A stretch of DNA of 64,000 nucleotides from an uncultured Lachnospiraceae bacterium (GCA_964475115.1 CAYYVJ010000001.1:8809-72808), one strand, 5' to 3'. Counted from the first letter of the stretch, positions 28,442-39,002 are shown. Notes: generated by a model not told the origin, from the sequence alone. A program made the numbers and translations.

Positions 28442-29266
28442 ATGATTCAAAAAACAATAGAGATTCAGATTAATAATGATAAAGCAGGAGATTTTACTCC
28501 GGCACTCCATACTTATATTTTAGATAATTCACCAGAAATTGATCCAAATAGAAAAAGACCAGCTGTTATTATATGTCCAGGTGGTGGATATACGAGGACA
28601 TCTGATCGAGAGGCAGAACCAGTTGCCATTCAAATGAATGCAATGGGATTTCATAGTTTTATTGTGCGCTATAGTTGTTCGCCTGCTACATTTCCGACTC
28701 CTCAGTTAGAGCTTGCTAAAGCGATTGCAATTGTAAGAGAGAATGCGCAAGAATGGAATGTAGACGAAAATAAGGTTATCGTTTTAGGATTTTCCGCAGG
28801 AGGTCATTTGGCTGGAAGTCTAGGTGTTTTTTGGAATAAAGAATTTCTTTATGGACCATTAGAGCTTGTCCCTGAAAAAATAAAACCAAGTGGATTAGTA
28901 CTTTGTTATCCAGTAATTACTTCAGGGGAATACGCTCATAGAGGTTCCTTTAAGGCATTATTAGGAGATCAATATGAAGAACTCTTGGATTTTGTTTCAT
29001 TGGAAAATCAAGTAAGTGATCAAACACCTCCGACCTTTATTTGGCATACATTTGAGGATTCGAGTGTTCCACTAGAAAACACTCTTTTATATATTAATGC
29101 AATGAGAAAACATCAAGTTCCTATGGAAGTTCATATTTATCCTAGAGGAAAGCATGGTCTTTCTCTTGCAAATAAAGAGACACAAGCTGTAAATGGTGGT
29201 TCTACTATAGTAGCTGAATGCCAAAATTGGATACAAATGGCAGGGGCTTGGATTAATAATTTCTAA
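28442..29266 (+). CDS. Alpha/beta hydrolase (esterase, probably a carbohydrate esterase)
   Basis: Oxyanion-hole CPGGGY, nucleophile elbow GFSAGGHL, C-terminal HIYPRGKHG. Confidence 0.75.
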   Translation: MIQKTIEIQINNDKAGDFTPALHTYILDNSPEIDPNRKRPAVIICPGGGYTRTSDREAEPVAIQMNAMGFHSFIVRYSCSPATFPTPQLELAKAIAIVRENAQEWNVDENKVIVLGFSAGGHLAGSLGVFWNKEFLYGPLELVPEKIKPSGLVLCYPVITSGEYAHRGSFKALLGDQYEELLDFVSLENQVSDQTPPTFIWHTFEDSSVPLENTLLYINAMRKHQVPMEVHIYPRGKHGLSLANKETQAVNGGSTIVAECQNWIQMAGAWINNF

Positions 29267-29271
29267 ATACA

Positions 29272-29300
29272 TTGCTTTTTATTCGAAAAAAAATTATAAT
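29272..29300 (+). promoter_or_regulatory. Sigma-A-type promoter for relA
   Basis: TTGCTT (29272-77), 17 nt, TATAAT (29295-300). It lies inside the ORF-track N-terminal extension, so translation must start downstream. Confidence 0.55.
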
Positions 29301-29322
29301 GTTTATTATAAAAAATCTGGAA

Positions 29323-31644
29323 ATGGTGAGGAATTTGGCTGAAGATAAAAATTTAAATGAAGTAAAGATGGAAAATAATATATTGGTAGAGGATAAATTT
29401 TTAGAAAAACCTGAAGATTTTACGCAACCTGATGAATTATACAGGAGGTTGATTTCTGAAATACTAAAATATCATCCTTCTACAGATACTTCTATGATTG
29501 AAAAAGCATATAATATAGCAAATGAAGCTCACAAGGGTCAAATGCGTAAATCGGGTGAACAATATATCGTTCATCCACTTTGTGTTGGTATAATACTTGC
29601 AGAACTTGAACTAGATAAAGAGACAATAGTAGCCGGTCTATTGCATGATGTTGTAGAAGATACGGTTATGACTATAGAAGAAATTGCAAAAGAATTTGGT
29701 GATGAAGTAGCTCTTTTAGTAGATGGTGTTACAAAATTGACTCAGATATCGTACTCTATGGATAAGCTTGAAGTTCAAGCAGAGAATCTTAGAAAAATGT
29801 TCTTGGCCATGGCAAAAGATATTCGTGTAATTTTAATCAAATTAGCGGATCGCCTTCATAATCTTAGAACCTTACGTTTTCAGTCTCCGGAGAAACAAAA
29901 AGAAAAGGCTAGGGAGACCATGGACATCTATGCTCCCATTGCTCACCGCCTTGGTATTTCTAAAATAAAAGTCGAACTAGATGATTTATCATTAAAATAT
30001 TTAAATCCAGAAGTATATTATGATTTAGTTGAGAAGGTAGCATTAACTAGAAATACAAGAGAGAAGTTTGTACAAAGTATTGTTGCAGATGTTGAATGTC
30101 ACATAAAAGATGCAGGAATAGAAACAAAAGTTGAAGGACGTGTAAAGCATTTCTTTAGTATCTATAAAAAAATGATAAATCAAAATAAGACAATCGATCA
30201 AATTTTTGATTTATTTGCTGTTCGTATTATTGTAGACTCAGTTAAAGACTGCTATGCAGTACTAGGATTAATTCATGAGGCATATAAGCCTATTCCTGGA
30301 CGATTTAAAGACTATATTGCTATGCCGAAGCCAAATATGTATCAATCGCTACATTCCACCTTAATTAGCTCAAATGGGCAACCATTTGAAGTTCAAATTC
30401 GAACCATGGAAATGCATCGTATTGCAGAATATGGTATTGCTGCGCATTGGAAATACAAAGCAGGTGGTACAGATGCTGAGTCATCTAAAAGTGAAGAAGA
30501 AAAGCTTAGCTGGCTTAGACAAATTTTGGAATGGCAAAAAGACATGTCTGATAACAAAGAGTTTTTAAGCCTATTAAAGAGTGATTTGGATTTATTTTCA
30601 GATACTATTTATTGCTTTACTCCATCAGGTGATGTGAAAAACCTTCCAAGTGGTTCTACACCTATTGATTTTGCCTACAATATTCACAGTGCAGTAGGTA
30701 ACAAAATGGTTGGAGCAAGAGTGAATGGTAAAATGGTGCCGATTGATTATGTTATCAAAAACGGTGACCGAATCGAGATTATTACTTCACAAAACTCAAA
30801 AGGGCCAAGCCGAGATTGGCTAAATGTTGTAAAAAGTACACAAGCTAAAAACAAAATAAATCAATGGTTTAAATCCGAATTTAAAGAAGGCAATATTACA
30901 AAAGGCAAGGAAATGCTGGATAAATATTGTAAATCAAAAGGTATCGTTCAAAGTGATCTTATGAAACCGGAATATGTTTCAAAGATTATGCAAAAGTATG
31001 GATTTAAAGACTGGGAGTCTGTTTTAGCTGCTTTGGGTCATGGTGGCTTAAAAGAAGGCCAGATTATTAATAAATTACGTGAAGAATATGATAAAAAGAA
31101 TAAAAAAGAACTGACAGATGAAGATGTATTAGAAGGAATTGCAGATAGTAAAGACACTGCTAAAGTCCGTACTGAAAAATCAAAAAGTGGTATTGTTGTA
31201 AAAGGGATTCATGACGTGGCAGTACGTTTTTCAAAATGTTGTAGTCCTGTTCCAGGGGATGAAATCGTAGGTTTTGTGACGAGAGGTAGAGGCCTCTCTA
31301 TTCATAGAACGGATTGTATTAATGTAATAAATTTATTGGAAATTGATCGGGTTAGATTGATCGATGCAGAATGGCAACAAACAGAAGGTGGAGAAAATAA
31401 GGAACGTTATTCTGCAGAAATCAAGATATATGCCAACAATAGAACTGGAATATTATCTGATATTTCAAAGGTTCTGACAGAAAGACAGATTGATGTTACC
31501 GCTATGAACAGTAGAACGAGTAAACAAGGGCGTGCTACTATTAGTATGTCATTTGATATACATGGAAAAGAAGAACTAAATCGATTAATTGATAAGCTTC
31601 GTGGAATTGAAAGTATTATTGATATTGAGAGAACAACAGGATAG
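29323..31644 (+). CDS. relA: Bifunctional (p)ppGpp synthetase/hydrolase
   Basis: HD hydrolase (HPLCVGIIL, LHDVVEDT), synthetase (YKPIPGRFKDYIAMPK, SLHSTL), TGS and ACT domains. The start is uncertain (ATG at 29323 or 29368); neither has a strong SD. Confidence 0.9.
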   Translation: MVRNLAEDKNLNEVKMENNILVEDKFLEKPEDFTQPDELYRRLISEILKYHPSTDTSMIEKAYNIANEAHKGQMRKSGEQYIVHPLCVGIILAELELDKETIVAGLLHDVVEDTVMTIEEIAKEFGDEVALLVDGVTKLTQISYSMDKLEVQAENLRKMFLAMAKDIRVILIKLADRLHNLRTLRFQSPEKQKEKARETMDIYAPIAHRLGISKIKVELDDLSLKYLNPEVYYDLVEKVALTRNTREKFVQSIVADVECHIKDAGIETKVEGRVKHFFSIYKKMINQNKTIDQIFDLFAVRIIVDSVKDCYAVLGLIHEAYKPIPGRFKDYIAMPKPNMYQSLHSTLISSNGQPFEVQIRTMEMHRIAEYGIAAHWKYKAGGTDAESSKSEEEKLSWLRQILEWQKDMSDNKEFLSLLKSDLDLFSDTIYCFTPSGDVKNLPSGSTPIDFAYNIHSAVGNKMVGARVNGKMVPIDYVIKNGDRIEIITSQNSKGPSRDWLNVVKSTQAKNKINQWFKSEFKEGNITKGKEMLDKYCKSKGIVQSDLMKPEYVSKIMQKYGFKDWESVLAALGHGGLKEGQIINKLREEYDKKNKKELTDEDVLEGIADSKDTAKVRTEKSKSGIVVKGIHDVAVRFSKCCSPVPGDEIVGFVTRGRGLSIHRTDCINVINLLEIDRVRLIDAEWQQTEGGENKERYSAEIKIYANNRTGILSDISKVLTERQIDVTAMNSRTSKQGRATISMSFDIHGKEELNRLIDKLRGIESIIDIERTTG

Positions 31645-31655
31645 GAGGAAGAAAG

Positions 31656-32300
31656 ATGAGCAAGATAAAAATAGAAACTTTGCTTCTTGGACATATGCAG
31701 ACAAATGGTTACTTTTTATATCATGAAGATGTAAGAGAGGCTATAATTATAGATCCAGCAGATCGAACAAATGAAATTGTTGAAAGATTAGAACAGCTAA
31801 ATTTAAAACCTTGTGCCATTTTGTTAACACATGGCCATTTTGATCATATTTTATCCGTTGCTGATATAAAAGAGAAATACGATATTTTAGTATATTCTCA
31901 GCTAGAAGAAAAAGAAGTGCTAGGTGATTCAAATAAAAACTTGTCTGTGAGACTAAGTAAAGCAGTTACTATAAGTCCTGATGTACTACTTAAAGATGGG
32001 GAAGAAATTGTATTAGGGCAAATACCAATTAGAGTAATTCATACCCCTGGCCATACCATAGGGAGCACTTGCTATTATGTAGAATCGGCTGATATATTGG
32101 TAAGTGGTGACACTTTATTCTATGAAGAAGTGGGAAGATGTGATTTACCTACTAGTAATTTCGAGAGTATTCTACACTCTATCAGAGAAAAACTATTTGT
32201 TTTAAAAGAAGAGACAAGAGTCTACCCTGGTCATGATAAGCCTACTACAATTGGACATGAGAAAGAAAATAACAGATATTTAAAAATGGAGATATTATGA
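31656..32300 (+). CDS. MBL-fold metallo-hydrolase
   Basis: THGHFDH zinc motif, HTPGHT, and a C-terminal GHD. Confidence 0.8.
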   Translation: MSKIKIETLLLGHMQTNGYFLYHEDVREAIIIDPADRTNEIVERLEQLNLKPCAILLTHGHFDHILSVADIKEKYDILVYSQLEEKEVLGDSNKNLSVRLSKAVTISPDVLLKDGEEIVLGQIPIRVIHTPGHTIGSTCYYVESADILVSGDTLFYEEVGRCDLPTSNFESILHSIREKLFVLKEETRVYPGHDKPTTIGHEKENNRYLKMEIL

Positions 32301-33769
32301 TTGGACTTCGGTTAAATGAAGAAAATTTTGAATATGATATATATTCTTTGATAAAAGCGTTTTATCCAGAAGAGAATATATCTAGAGAAGAAGTTACGAA
32401 AGAAGCGCAGTTTATTGTGGAAGTCAATTATAGCCCTTCACAAATTGAAATTATATTCAAAGAGTTTGAATTAAATCAGGAGGCTGCGCTCGAGAAAATC
32501 AGCGCAGCTGAAGCTGTTTTTATAGGTAAGCTAGATAGAAAAGAAGTAAAGAACGTATTAAAAAAGGGCTTATATAAATTGTTGCAAGAAAGAACGCAAA
32601 GGAAATTACCTTGGGGAACTTTAACAGGAATTAGGCCGACAAAAATTCCTTATGCAATGGTAAGCCAAGGGATGACAGATCAAGCGATAAAGGAATCTAT
32701 GAAAGAAACTTATTTAGCCAGTGATGAAAAAATTGAATTAAGTATAGATATTGCCAAAAAAGAGCAAAAGATATTAAATGCTATTAATCTTGAAAAGGGA
32801 TATAGCCTTTATGTCGGAATTCCTTTTTGCCCTACGACATGCTTGTACTGTTCTTTTACATCTTATCCAATTGATAGGTGGGAAAAAAGAGTAGACGAAT
32901 ATCTAGATGCCCTGGAGAAAGAAATTGAATACATTGCAGAGCAAATGAAAGCCAGAATGCTTAATACCATTTACATAGGCGGAGGAACACCTACTACCTT
33001 AAATCCAGTTCAGTTAGAGAGACTTTTGCTTAAGCTAACATCAAGCTTTGACTTATCAAATAACCAAGAATTTACGGTGGAAGCGGGAAGGCCAGATAGT
33101 CTTTCAGATGCAAAGTTTAAAGTTATGAAACAATATGGTGTAACGAGGATATCCATTAATCCTCAAACCATGAAACAGGAAACATTAGATTTAATTGGAA
33201 GAAAACATACAGTAGAACAGACCATAGAATCTTTTAAATGTGCTAGAGACAATGGCTTTGACAATATAAATATGGATTTAATTGTAGGTTTACCAGGTGA
33301 GACAAAGGATGATATGAAAAATACCTTAGATGCAATTTTGAAATTAAGTCCGGATAGTTTGACGGTACACTCCTTAGCGATAAAAAGAGCATCTAGGTTA
33401 AACATACTAAGAGAACAGTATAAGGATTATATTAGTTTGAATTCAGAAGAAATAAGTGATATGGTAGAAGCTTATGCAAAAGAAATGGATATGAAACCAT
33501 ATTATTTATATAGGCAAAAAAACATGACTGGAAATCTAGAAAATGTTGGATATGCAAGACTTGACAAAGAGGGTATTTACAATATACTTATAATGGAAGA
33601 AAAACAAACTATCTTTGCATTAGGTGCAGGTGGAGCTACTAAAATAGTATATCCAGATGGTCAACGTATTGAACGGATAGAAAATGTGAAAAGCGTTGAA
33701 TCTTATATAGATAGAGTTGATGAAATGATAGAGAGAAAGAATAAGGTTATCTCAGTTGTACTTGAATAG
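32297..33769 (+). CDS. hemZ: Radical SAM coproporphyrinogen-dehydrogenase-like protein (HemZ type)
   Basis: CPTTCLYCSF (CxxxCxxC), GGGTPT, and a HemN-like core with the long HemZ N-terminal extension. Confidence 0.8.
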   Translation: MIGLRLNEENFEYDIYSLIKAFYPEENISREEVTKEAQFIVEVNYSPSQIEIIFKEFELNQEAALEKISAAEAVFIGKLDRKEVKNVLKKGLYKLLQERTQRKLPWGTLTGIRPTKIPYAMVSQGMTDQAIKESMKETYLASDEKIELSIDIAKKEQKILNAINLEKGYSLYVGIPFCPTTCLYCSFTSYPIDRWEKRVDEYLDALEKEIEYIAEQMKARMLNTIYIGGGTPTTLNPVQLERLLLKLTSSFDLSNNQEFTVEAGRPDSLSDAKFKVMKQYGVTRISINPQTMKQETLDLIGRKHTVEQTIESFKCARDNGFDNINMDLIVGLPGETKDDMKNTLDAILKLSPDSLTVHSLAIKRASRLNILREQYKDYISLNSEEISDMVEAYAKEMDMKPYYLYRQKNMTGNLENVGYARLDKEGIYNILIMEEKQTIFALGAGGATKIVYPDGQRIERIENVKSVESYIDRVDEMIERKNKVISVVLE

Positions 33770-33798
33770 CCTAATATTTATATAAAGGAGAAGCGATT

Positions 33799-35064
33799 AT
33801 GTCAATGAAAAAGAAGCCAGTTACAGGAATGAAAGACATACTGCCTGCAGAGATGCAGTTACGAGATTATATGATAAATTTAATAAAAGAAACCTATAAA
33901 GGATTTGGGTTTTCATCCATAGAAACTCCGGCTGTAGAACACATTGAAAATTTAAGTAGCAAGCAGGGTGGAGAAAATGAAAAGCTTATTTTCAAAGTTC
34001 TAAAGCGTGGTGAAAAATTAAATTTAGAAACTGCTGAAACAGAACAGGATTTAGTAGATAGTGGATTAAGATATGATTTGACAGTTCCTTTATCTCGCTA
34101 TTATGCAAATAATGCAAGTCAACTTCCAATGCCTTTTAAAGCATTACAGATAGGAAGTGTTTGGAGAGCAGACAGACCTCAAAAAGGACGTTTTCGCCAG
34201 TTTGTACAGTGCGATATCGATATTTTAGGTGACTCTAGTTCTTTAGCAGAGATTGAACTAATTTTAGCAACGACAACATTACTAGGAAAGCTTGGTTTTA
34301 AAGGATATAAAGTTCGAATCAATGACAGAAGAATCCTTAAGGCAATGGCTGCCTATAGTGGGTTTGAGCCTAGTTCATTTGATCAAGTTTTCATTATACT
34401 AGATAAAATGGATAAAATAGGATTGGACGGAGTAGCAGCAGAACTAGAAAAAGAAGGGTTTGCAAAAGAAAGCATTGATAAATATCTAAATCTTTTCAAA
34501 GAAATATCTGGTGATATTGCTGGAATACAATATTGTAGTGAGAAATTAATAGATGTATTAGAAGCAAATGTTGCCAAAGATTTGGAAGATATTATATATA
34601 GTGTACAGGAGACTACAACAAATAATTTCCAAATTGTATTTGACCCTACCTTAGTAAGAGGAATGTCTTATTATACAGGTTCTATTTTTGAAATCGAAAT
34701 GGAAGAGTTTGGTGGATCAGTAGCTGGTGGTGGAAGATATGATGAGATGATTGGTAAATTCACGGGTATGCAAACAAGTGCATGTGGTTTTTCAATTGGA
34801 TTTGAGCGAATCATTACGATACTCATGGATAAAGGCTTTACAGTACCAAGTCAAGGTGAAAAGTTAGCTTTTTTAATTGAAAAAGGTGTTGATGGAGAAA
34901 AATTGTGTGAGATAATAAAAGAAGCAATGCTACTTCGAAATGATGGCATCGAGGTGCTTGTAGCACAGATGAATAAAAATAAGAAATTTCAAAAAGAGCA
35001 ATTGAATAAAGAAGGATATGAAGAATTTAAAGAATTTTTTCTAAATAAAATTGGAGGACAATAG
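33799..35064 (+). CDS. hisS: Histidine--tRNA ligase
   Basis: Class II motifs (GMKDILP, RYDLTVP, FRQFVQCDIDI, GGGRYD). Confidence 0.92.
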   Translation: MSMKKKPVTGMKDILPAEMQLRDYMINLIKETYKGFGFSSIETPAVEHIENLSSKQGGENEKLIFKVLKRGEKLNLETAETEQDLVDSGLRYDLTVPLSRYYANNASQLPMPFKALQIGSVWRADRPQKGRFRQFVQCDIDILGDSSSLAEIELILATTTLLGKLGFKGYKVRINDRRILKAMAAYSGFEPSSFDQVFIILDKMDKIGLDGVAAELEKEGFAKESIDKYLNLFKEISGDIAGIQYCSEKLIDVLEANVAKDLEDIIYSVQETTTNNFQIVFDPTLVRGMSYYTGSIFEIEMEEFGGSVAGGGRYDEMIGKFTGMQTSACGFSIGFERIITILMDKGFTVPSQGEKLAFLIEKGVDGEKLCEIIKEAMLLRNDGIEVLVAQMNKNKKFQKEQLNKEGYEEFKEFFLNKIGGQ

Positions 35065-35065
35065 G

Positions 35066-36856
35066 ATGGCAGAATCAATGAATGGGCTAAAAAGAAGCCA
35101 TAGATGTACTGAAATTTCAGAGCAAAATATTAGTGAAGTAGTAACACTTATGGGTTGGGTACAAAAAAGAAGAAATTTAGGAAGCTTAATCTTTGTAGAT
35201 CTAAGAGATAGAACTGGATTAATTCAAATTATATTTGACGTAAATGATATTGGAGAAGATGGCTTTGAAAAAGCTGAAACCCTAAGAAATGAATTTGTAA
35301 TTGCTGTTGTAGGTAAGGTTGAAAGACGTTCTGGTGCAGTAAATGAAAACTTAGCAACAGGAACGATTGAAGTACGTGCAACAGAGCTAAGAATTTTATC
35401 TGAGTCTCAGACCCCTCCATTTCCAATTGAAGAAAATAGTAATACAAAAGATGAACTTAGATTAAGACATAGATATTTAGACTTAAGAAGACCTGATTTA
35501 CAAAGAAATCTAATGATGAGAAGTCGTGTTGCTACTCTTACAAGAACTTTCTTATCAGAAGAAGGTTTCTTAGAGATTGAAACACCAATGTTGACAAAAA
35601 GCACTCCAGAGGGAGCAAGAGATTATTTAGTTCCTAGTAGAGTTCATCCAGGTAATTTTTATGCGTTACCTCAATCTCCACAGCTTTTTAAACAATTATT
35701 AATGTGTTCAGGTTATGATCGCTATTTTCAAATTGTAAAATGTTTCCGAGATGAAGATTTAAGGGCAGACAGACAACCTGAGTTTACTCAGATCGATATG
35801 GAGCTTTCATTTGTAGATGTAGACGATGTTATTTCTGTAAATGAAAAATTGCTGGCAAAATTATTTAAAGAAATTCTTGACTTAGATATAACTCTTCCAA
35901 TTAAGAGAATGACCTATGCGGAAGCGATGGATCGCTTTGGCTCTGATAAGCCTGACTTACGTTTTGGAATGGAACTAAAAGAAGTATCAGATTTAGTTCA
36001 AAATTGTGAATTTAGTGTATTTACAAATCCACTAGCAAGTGGCGGTTCAGTAAGAGGAATTAATGCTATTGGACAAGGCGCTATGCCTAGAAAGAAAATA
36101 GATGCCCTAGTAGACTATGCTAAAGAGTATGGTGCAAAAGGATTAGCTTATCTAGCGATCAATGAAGATGGTAGCTATAAATCTTCATTTGCAAAATTCA
36201 TGAAAGAAGAAGAACTTACTAATTTAGTCGAGAGATTAGATGGAAAACCAGGAGATTTACTATTTTTTGCTGCAGATGAAAATGATGTGGTATTCGATGT
36301 TTTAGGAAATCTAAGACTGGAATTAGCTAGACAACTTGAATTGTTAGATAAAAATGAATTTAACTTCTTGTGGGTAACAGAATTCCCGTTATTAGAATAC
36401 TCTAAGGAGCAAGAGCGCTTTGTAGCAAAACATCATCCTTTTACAATGCCTATGGATGAAGATTTAGCACTTTTAGAAACAGAGCCAGCTAAGGTTCGAG
36501 CGAAGGCTTATGATATCGTGTTAAATGGTACAGAAATTGGTGGTGGAAGTGTTAGAATCTATCAAAGCGATGTTCAAGAGAAAATGTTTGAAGTGTTAGG
36601 ATTTACTAAAGAGGATGCATATGATAGATTTGGATTTTTATTAAATGCATTTAAATACGGAGTGCCTCCACATGCTGGATTAGCATATGGTTTGGATCGT
36701 TTGATTATGCTAATGGCTAAAGAAGATAGTATACGTGAAGTGATTGCTTTCCCTAAAGTAAAAGACGCTTCTTGTCTAATGACCGATGCGCCTAATGTGG
36801 TAGAACAAAAACAACTAGATGAGCTTGCTTTAAATATAGCGAATATAAATAAATAA
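35066..36856 (+). CDS. aspS: Aspartate--tRNA ligase
   Basis: OB-fold N-terminus, FRDEDLRADRQPEFTQID, GGGSVRI, GLAYGLDR. The ATG at 35066 is 8 nt after GGAGG (ORF track TTG at 35051). Confidence 0.92.
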   Translation: MAESMNGLKRSHRCTEISEQNISEVVTLMGWVQKRRNLGSLIFVDLRDRTGLIQIIFDVNDIGEDGFEKAETLRNEFVIAVVGKVERRSGAVNENLATGTIEVRATELRILSESQTPPFPIEENSNTKDELRLRHRYLDLRRPDLQRNLMMRSRVATLTRTFLSEEGFLEIETPMLTKSTPEGARDYLVPSRVHPGNFYALPQSPQLFKQLLMCSGYDRYFQIVKCFRDEDLRADRQPEFTQIDMELSFVDVDDVISVNEKLLAKLFKEILDLDITLPIKRMTYAEAMDRFGSDKPDLRFGMELKEVSDLVQNCEFSVFTNPLASGGSVRGINAIGQGAMPRKKIDALVDYAKEYGAKGLAYLAINEDGSYKSSFAKFMKEEELTNLVERLDGKPGDLLFFAADENDVVFDVLGNLRLELARQLELLDKNEFNFLWVTEFPLLEYSKEQERFVAKHHPFTMPMDEDLALLETEPAKVRAKAYDIVLNGTEIGGGSVRIYQSDVQEKMFEVLGFTKEDAYDRFGFLLNAFKYGVPPHAGLAYGLDRLIMLMAKEDSIREVIAFPKVKDASCLMTDAPNVVEQKQLDELALNIANINK

Positions 36857-37096
36857 AAGAATTATTTGTAGAAGAAAAATAGATGGAATTCCATAAACAA
36901 AAGATTTATGTTTTGTTTTGTGTCGAAATGTTTTCATTCCAAGCATGGAACCTAAACTTCCGCCTATGATAGCAATTACAAACAAGGTTCGTTCTGGAAT
37001 CCGCCAAAGATTCTTACGAGCCTTGTTTTTGTCTATAGCCATAGCAAAGAATCCAATTATATTAATGCCGATAAAATAGTAAATTAGTAAATTCAT
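36830..37096 (-). CDS. DUF1294 family small membrane protein
   Basis: AMAIDKNKARKNLWRIPERTLF...GGSLGSMLGMKTFRHKTKH is the DUF1294 signature. Its 3' end overlaps the aspS 3' end by 27 nt. Confidence 0.75.
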   Translation of the reverse strand: MNLLIYYFIGINIIGFFAMAIDKNKARKNLWRIPERTLFVIAIIGGSLGSMLGMKTFRHKTKHKSFVYGIPSIFLLQIILLFIYIRYI

Positions 37097-37302
37097 AATG
37101 AAATGTTGCCTCCTTTGTATGATAAAGATTATTATATAGCAAGAAAGAAAAAAGTGCTAGGTCATAAATTTTAAAATTTAACGATGTAAAGTATTCAATT
37201 ATTAAACTGAATATGCTATAATAAATCGAGCATAATCTTTGTAATGAAGGCACAAAAAGAAATCCAAAGATAAAGTGAATAAAATAAATGGAGGTATATA
37301 GC

Positions 37303-38535
37303 ATGTATTCTTTTAATGAAGTGGAAGTATTTGATTCTGAAATAGCAGAGGCTATTAAAGGAGAGATCGGAAGACAAGAATCCCATATCGAGTTGATAGC
37401 ATCCGAAAACTTTGTTAGTAAGGCAGTTATGTCAGCGATGGGAAGCCCATTAACCAATAAATACGCAGAAGGATATCCAGGAAAGAGATATTATGGTGGA
37501 TGTGAGTATGTGGATGTTGTTGAAAATCTAGCGATAGAGCGTGCTAAGGAGTTATTTGCTTGTGGCTATGCAAATGTACAACCTCATTCTGGTGCTCAAG
37601 CTAATATGGCAGTGTTTTTTGCACTAGTGAAACCGGGAGACACTGTAATGGGTATGAATCTAAATCATGGTGGACATTTGACACATGGAAGTCCTGTAAA
37701 CATGTCTGGTGCATACTATAAAATCGTGCCTTATGGTGTAAATGATGAAGGCTTTATTGATTATGATGAATTGAGAAGAATTGCAATTGAAGCTAAACCA
37801 AAATTGATTGTAGCTGGAGCGAGTGCTTATGCAAGAACAATTGATTTTAAGAAATTTAGAGAAGTGGCAGATGAAGTGAATGCTCTACTTATGGTAGACA
37901 TGGCTCATATTGCTGGTCTTGTGGCAGCAGGAATGCATCCAAGTCCATTCCCATATGCAGATGTGGTTACAACTACAACGCATAAAACATTAAGAGGACC
38001 TAGAGGTGGAATGATACTTTGTAGCGAAGAAGCGGCTAAGAAATATAATTTCAATAAAGCAATTTTCCCTGGTATTCAAGGTGGGCCTTTAATGCATGTA
38101 ATTGCTGCAAAAGCAGTGAGCTTTAAAGAAGCTCTTGACCCAAGTTTTAAGAAATATCAAAAACAGATTATAGATAATGCACAAGCTTTAGCAAAAGCAT
38201 TGACAAAGAGAGGATTTAATCTGGTTTCAGGTGGAACAGATAATCACTTAATGTTAGTAGACTTGCAAAACATGAAAATAACTGGAAAAGATGCTGAGAA
38301 GTTGCTAGAAAGTGCAAACATTACTTGTAATAAAAATACAATTCCAAATGATCCTGCATCACCTTTTGTAACAAGTGGTGTTCGTCTTGGAACACCAGCT
38401 ATTACATCTAGAGGAATGGTTGAAGAAGACATGGAAGTTATAGCTGAAGCAATTGAACTTATTATTAAAGATTCAAAGGTAGAGCAAGCAAAAGAATTGG
38501 TAAAATCATTAACAGATAAATATCCTTTGCATTAA
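37303..38535 (+). CDS. glyA: Serine hydroxymethyltransferase
   Basis: [19 protein letters not shown], and [14 protein letters not shown] (PLP lysine). The ATG at 37303 follows GGAGG. Confidence 0.93.
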   Translation: MYSFNEVEVFDSEIAEAIKGEIGRQESHIELIASENFVSKAVMSAMGSPLTNKYAEGYPGKRYYGGCEYVDVVENLAIERAKELFACGYANVQPHSGAQANMAVFFALVKPGDTVMGMNLNHGGHLTHGSPVNMSGAYYKIVPYGVNDEGFIDYDELRRIAIEAKPKLIVAGASAYARTIDFKKFREVADEVNALLMVDMAHIAGLVAAGMHPSPFPYADVVTTTTHKTLRGPRGGMILCSEEAAKKYNFNKAIFPGIQGGPLMHVIAAKAVSFKEALDPSFKKYQKQIIDNAQALAKALTKRGFNLVSGGTDNHLMLVDLQNMKITGKDAEKLLESANITCNKNTIPNDPASPFVTSGVRLGTPAITSRGMVEEDMEVIAEAIELIIKDSKVEQAKELVKSLTDKYPLH

Positions 38536-38543
38536 AAGATATA

Positions 38544-38586
38544 AGGGCTAGTGAATTAAGAGAGAAGACTCTTATTCACTAGCCCT
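38544..38586. terminator. Bidirectional terminator between glyA and the convergent membrane-protein gene
   Basis: AGGGCTAGTGAATTAAGAG / CTCTTATTCACTAGCCCT, an 18-bp stem with one bulged T. Confidence 0.8.
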
Positions 38587-38594
38587 ATGGTTTT

Positions 38595-39002
38595 CTAAGC
38601 AGTTATTTTCTTGGCTAGTATTTTTTCCATAAGTAGACCCGTTACAAACCAAGCCGGAGCATAGTCTAGACGAATTAAACCACTGACATTAAGTTTGCTA
38701 CCAGTGTAATCCCAGGGGCACATGTTTAATTCCCTTAAAATCGAACCTGACATATATTCAGCAGTGAAAATGAATATTGTATAAACACCTCCCCTTATTA
38801 TTAGGTTCTTGTCTTTTATTATAGAGTAAATGGGTTTTAAACAAACAGCCATACCATAGATTGGAAACATAATCAGTGAAGTTGTACCTGTCATTTTCCG
38901 ATCAAAGCGTAAAAGGGAACCGAATCCAGTCCAAAAGACCTCAAGACACCATCCTGTGATACCACATTTAATAAAATCATAATTTAAAATATTCATAATC
39001 AT
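38595..39002 (-). CDS. DUF1113 (putative ABC-transporter type IV/CmpB-like) membrane protein
   Basis: GITGWCLEVFWTG and FPIYG motifs. The ORF track extends to 39101, but that extension covers a strong hairpin. The ATG at 39002 follows AAGGA. Confidence 0.6.
   Translation of the reverse strand: MIMNILNYDFIKCGITGWCLEVFWTGFGSLLRFDRKMTGTTSLIMFPIYGMAVCLKPIYSIIKDKNLIIRGGVYTIFIFTAEYMSGSILRELNMCPWDYTGSKLNVSGLIRLDYAPAWFVTGLLMEKILAKKITA

Noticed and set aside
29272-29322. ORF-track N-terminal extension of relA starting at TTG 29272
   Set aside because: A TTGCTT-17-TATAAT promoter occupies exactly this stretch, so it is probably untranscribed or an untranslated leader.
37097-37302. Riboswitch (such as ZTP or THF) upstream of glyA
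   Set aside because: There is a good TGCTATAAT -10 and an AT-rich UTR of about 80 nt. It lacks the GC-rich pseudoknot elements those classes require.
37062-37457. 131-aa minus-strand ORF spanning the glyA start and the DUF1294 gene start
   Set aside because: It overlaps two supported genes and the glyA promoter region. It has no SD and a low-complexity sequence.
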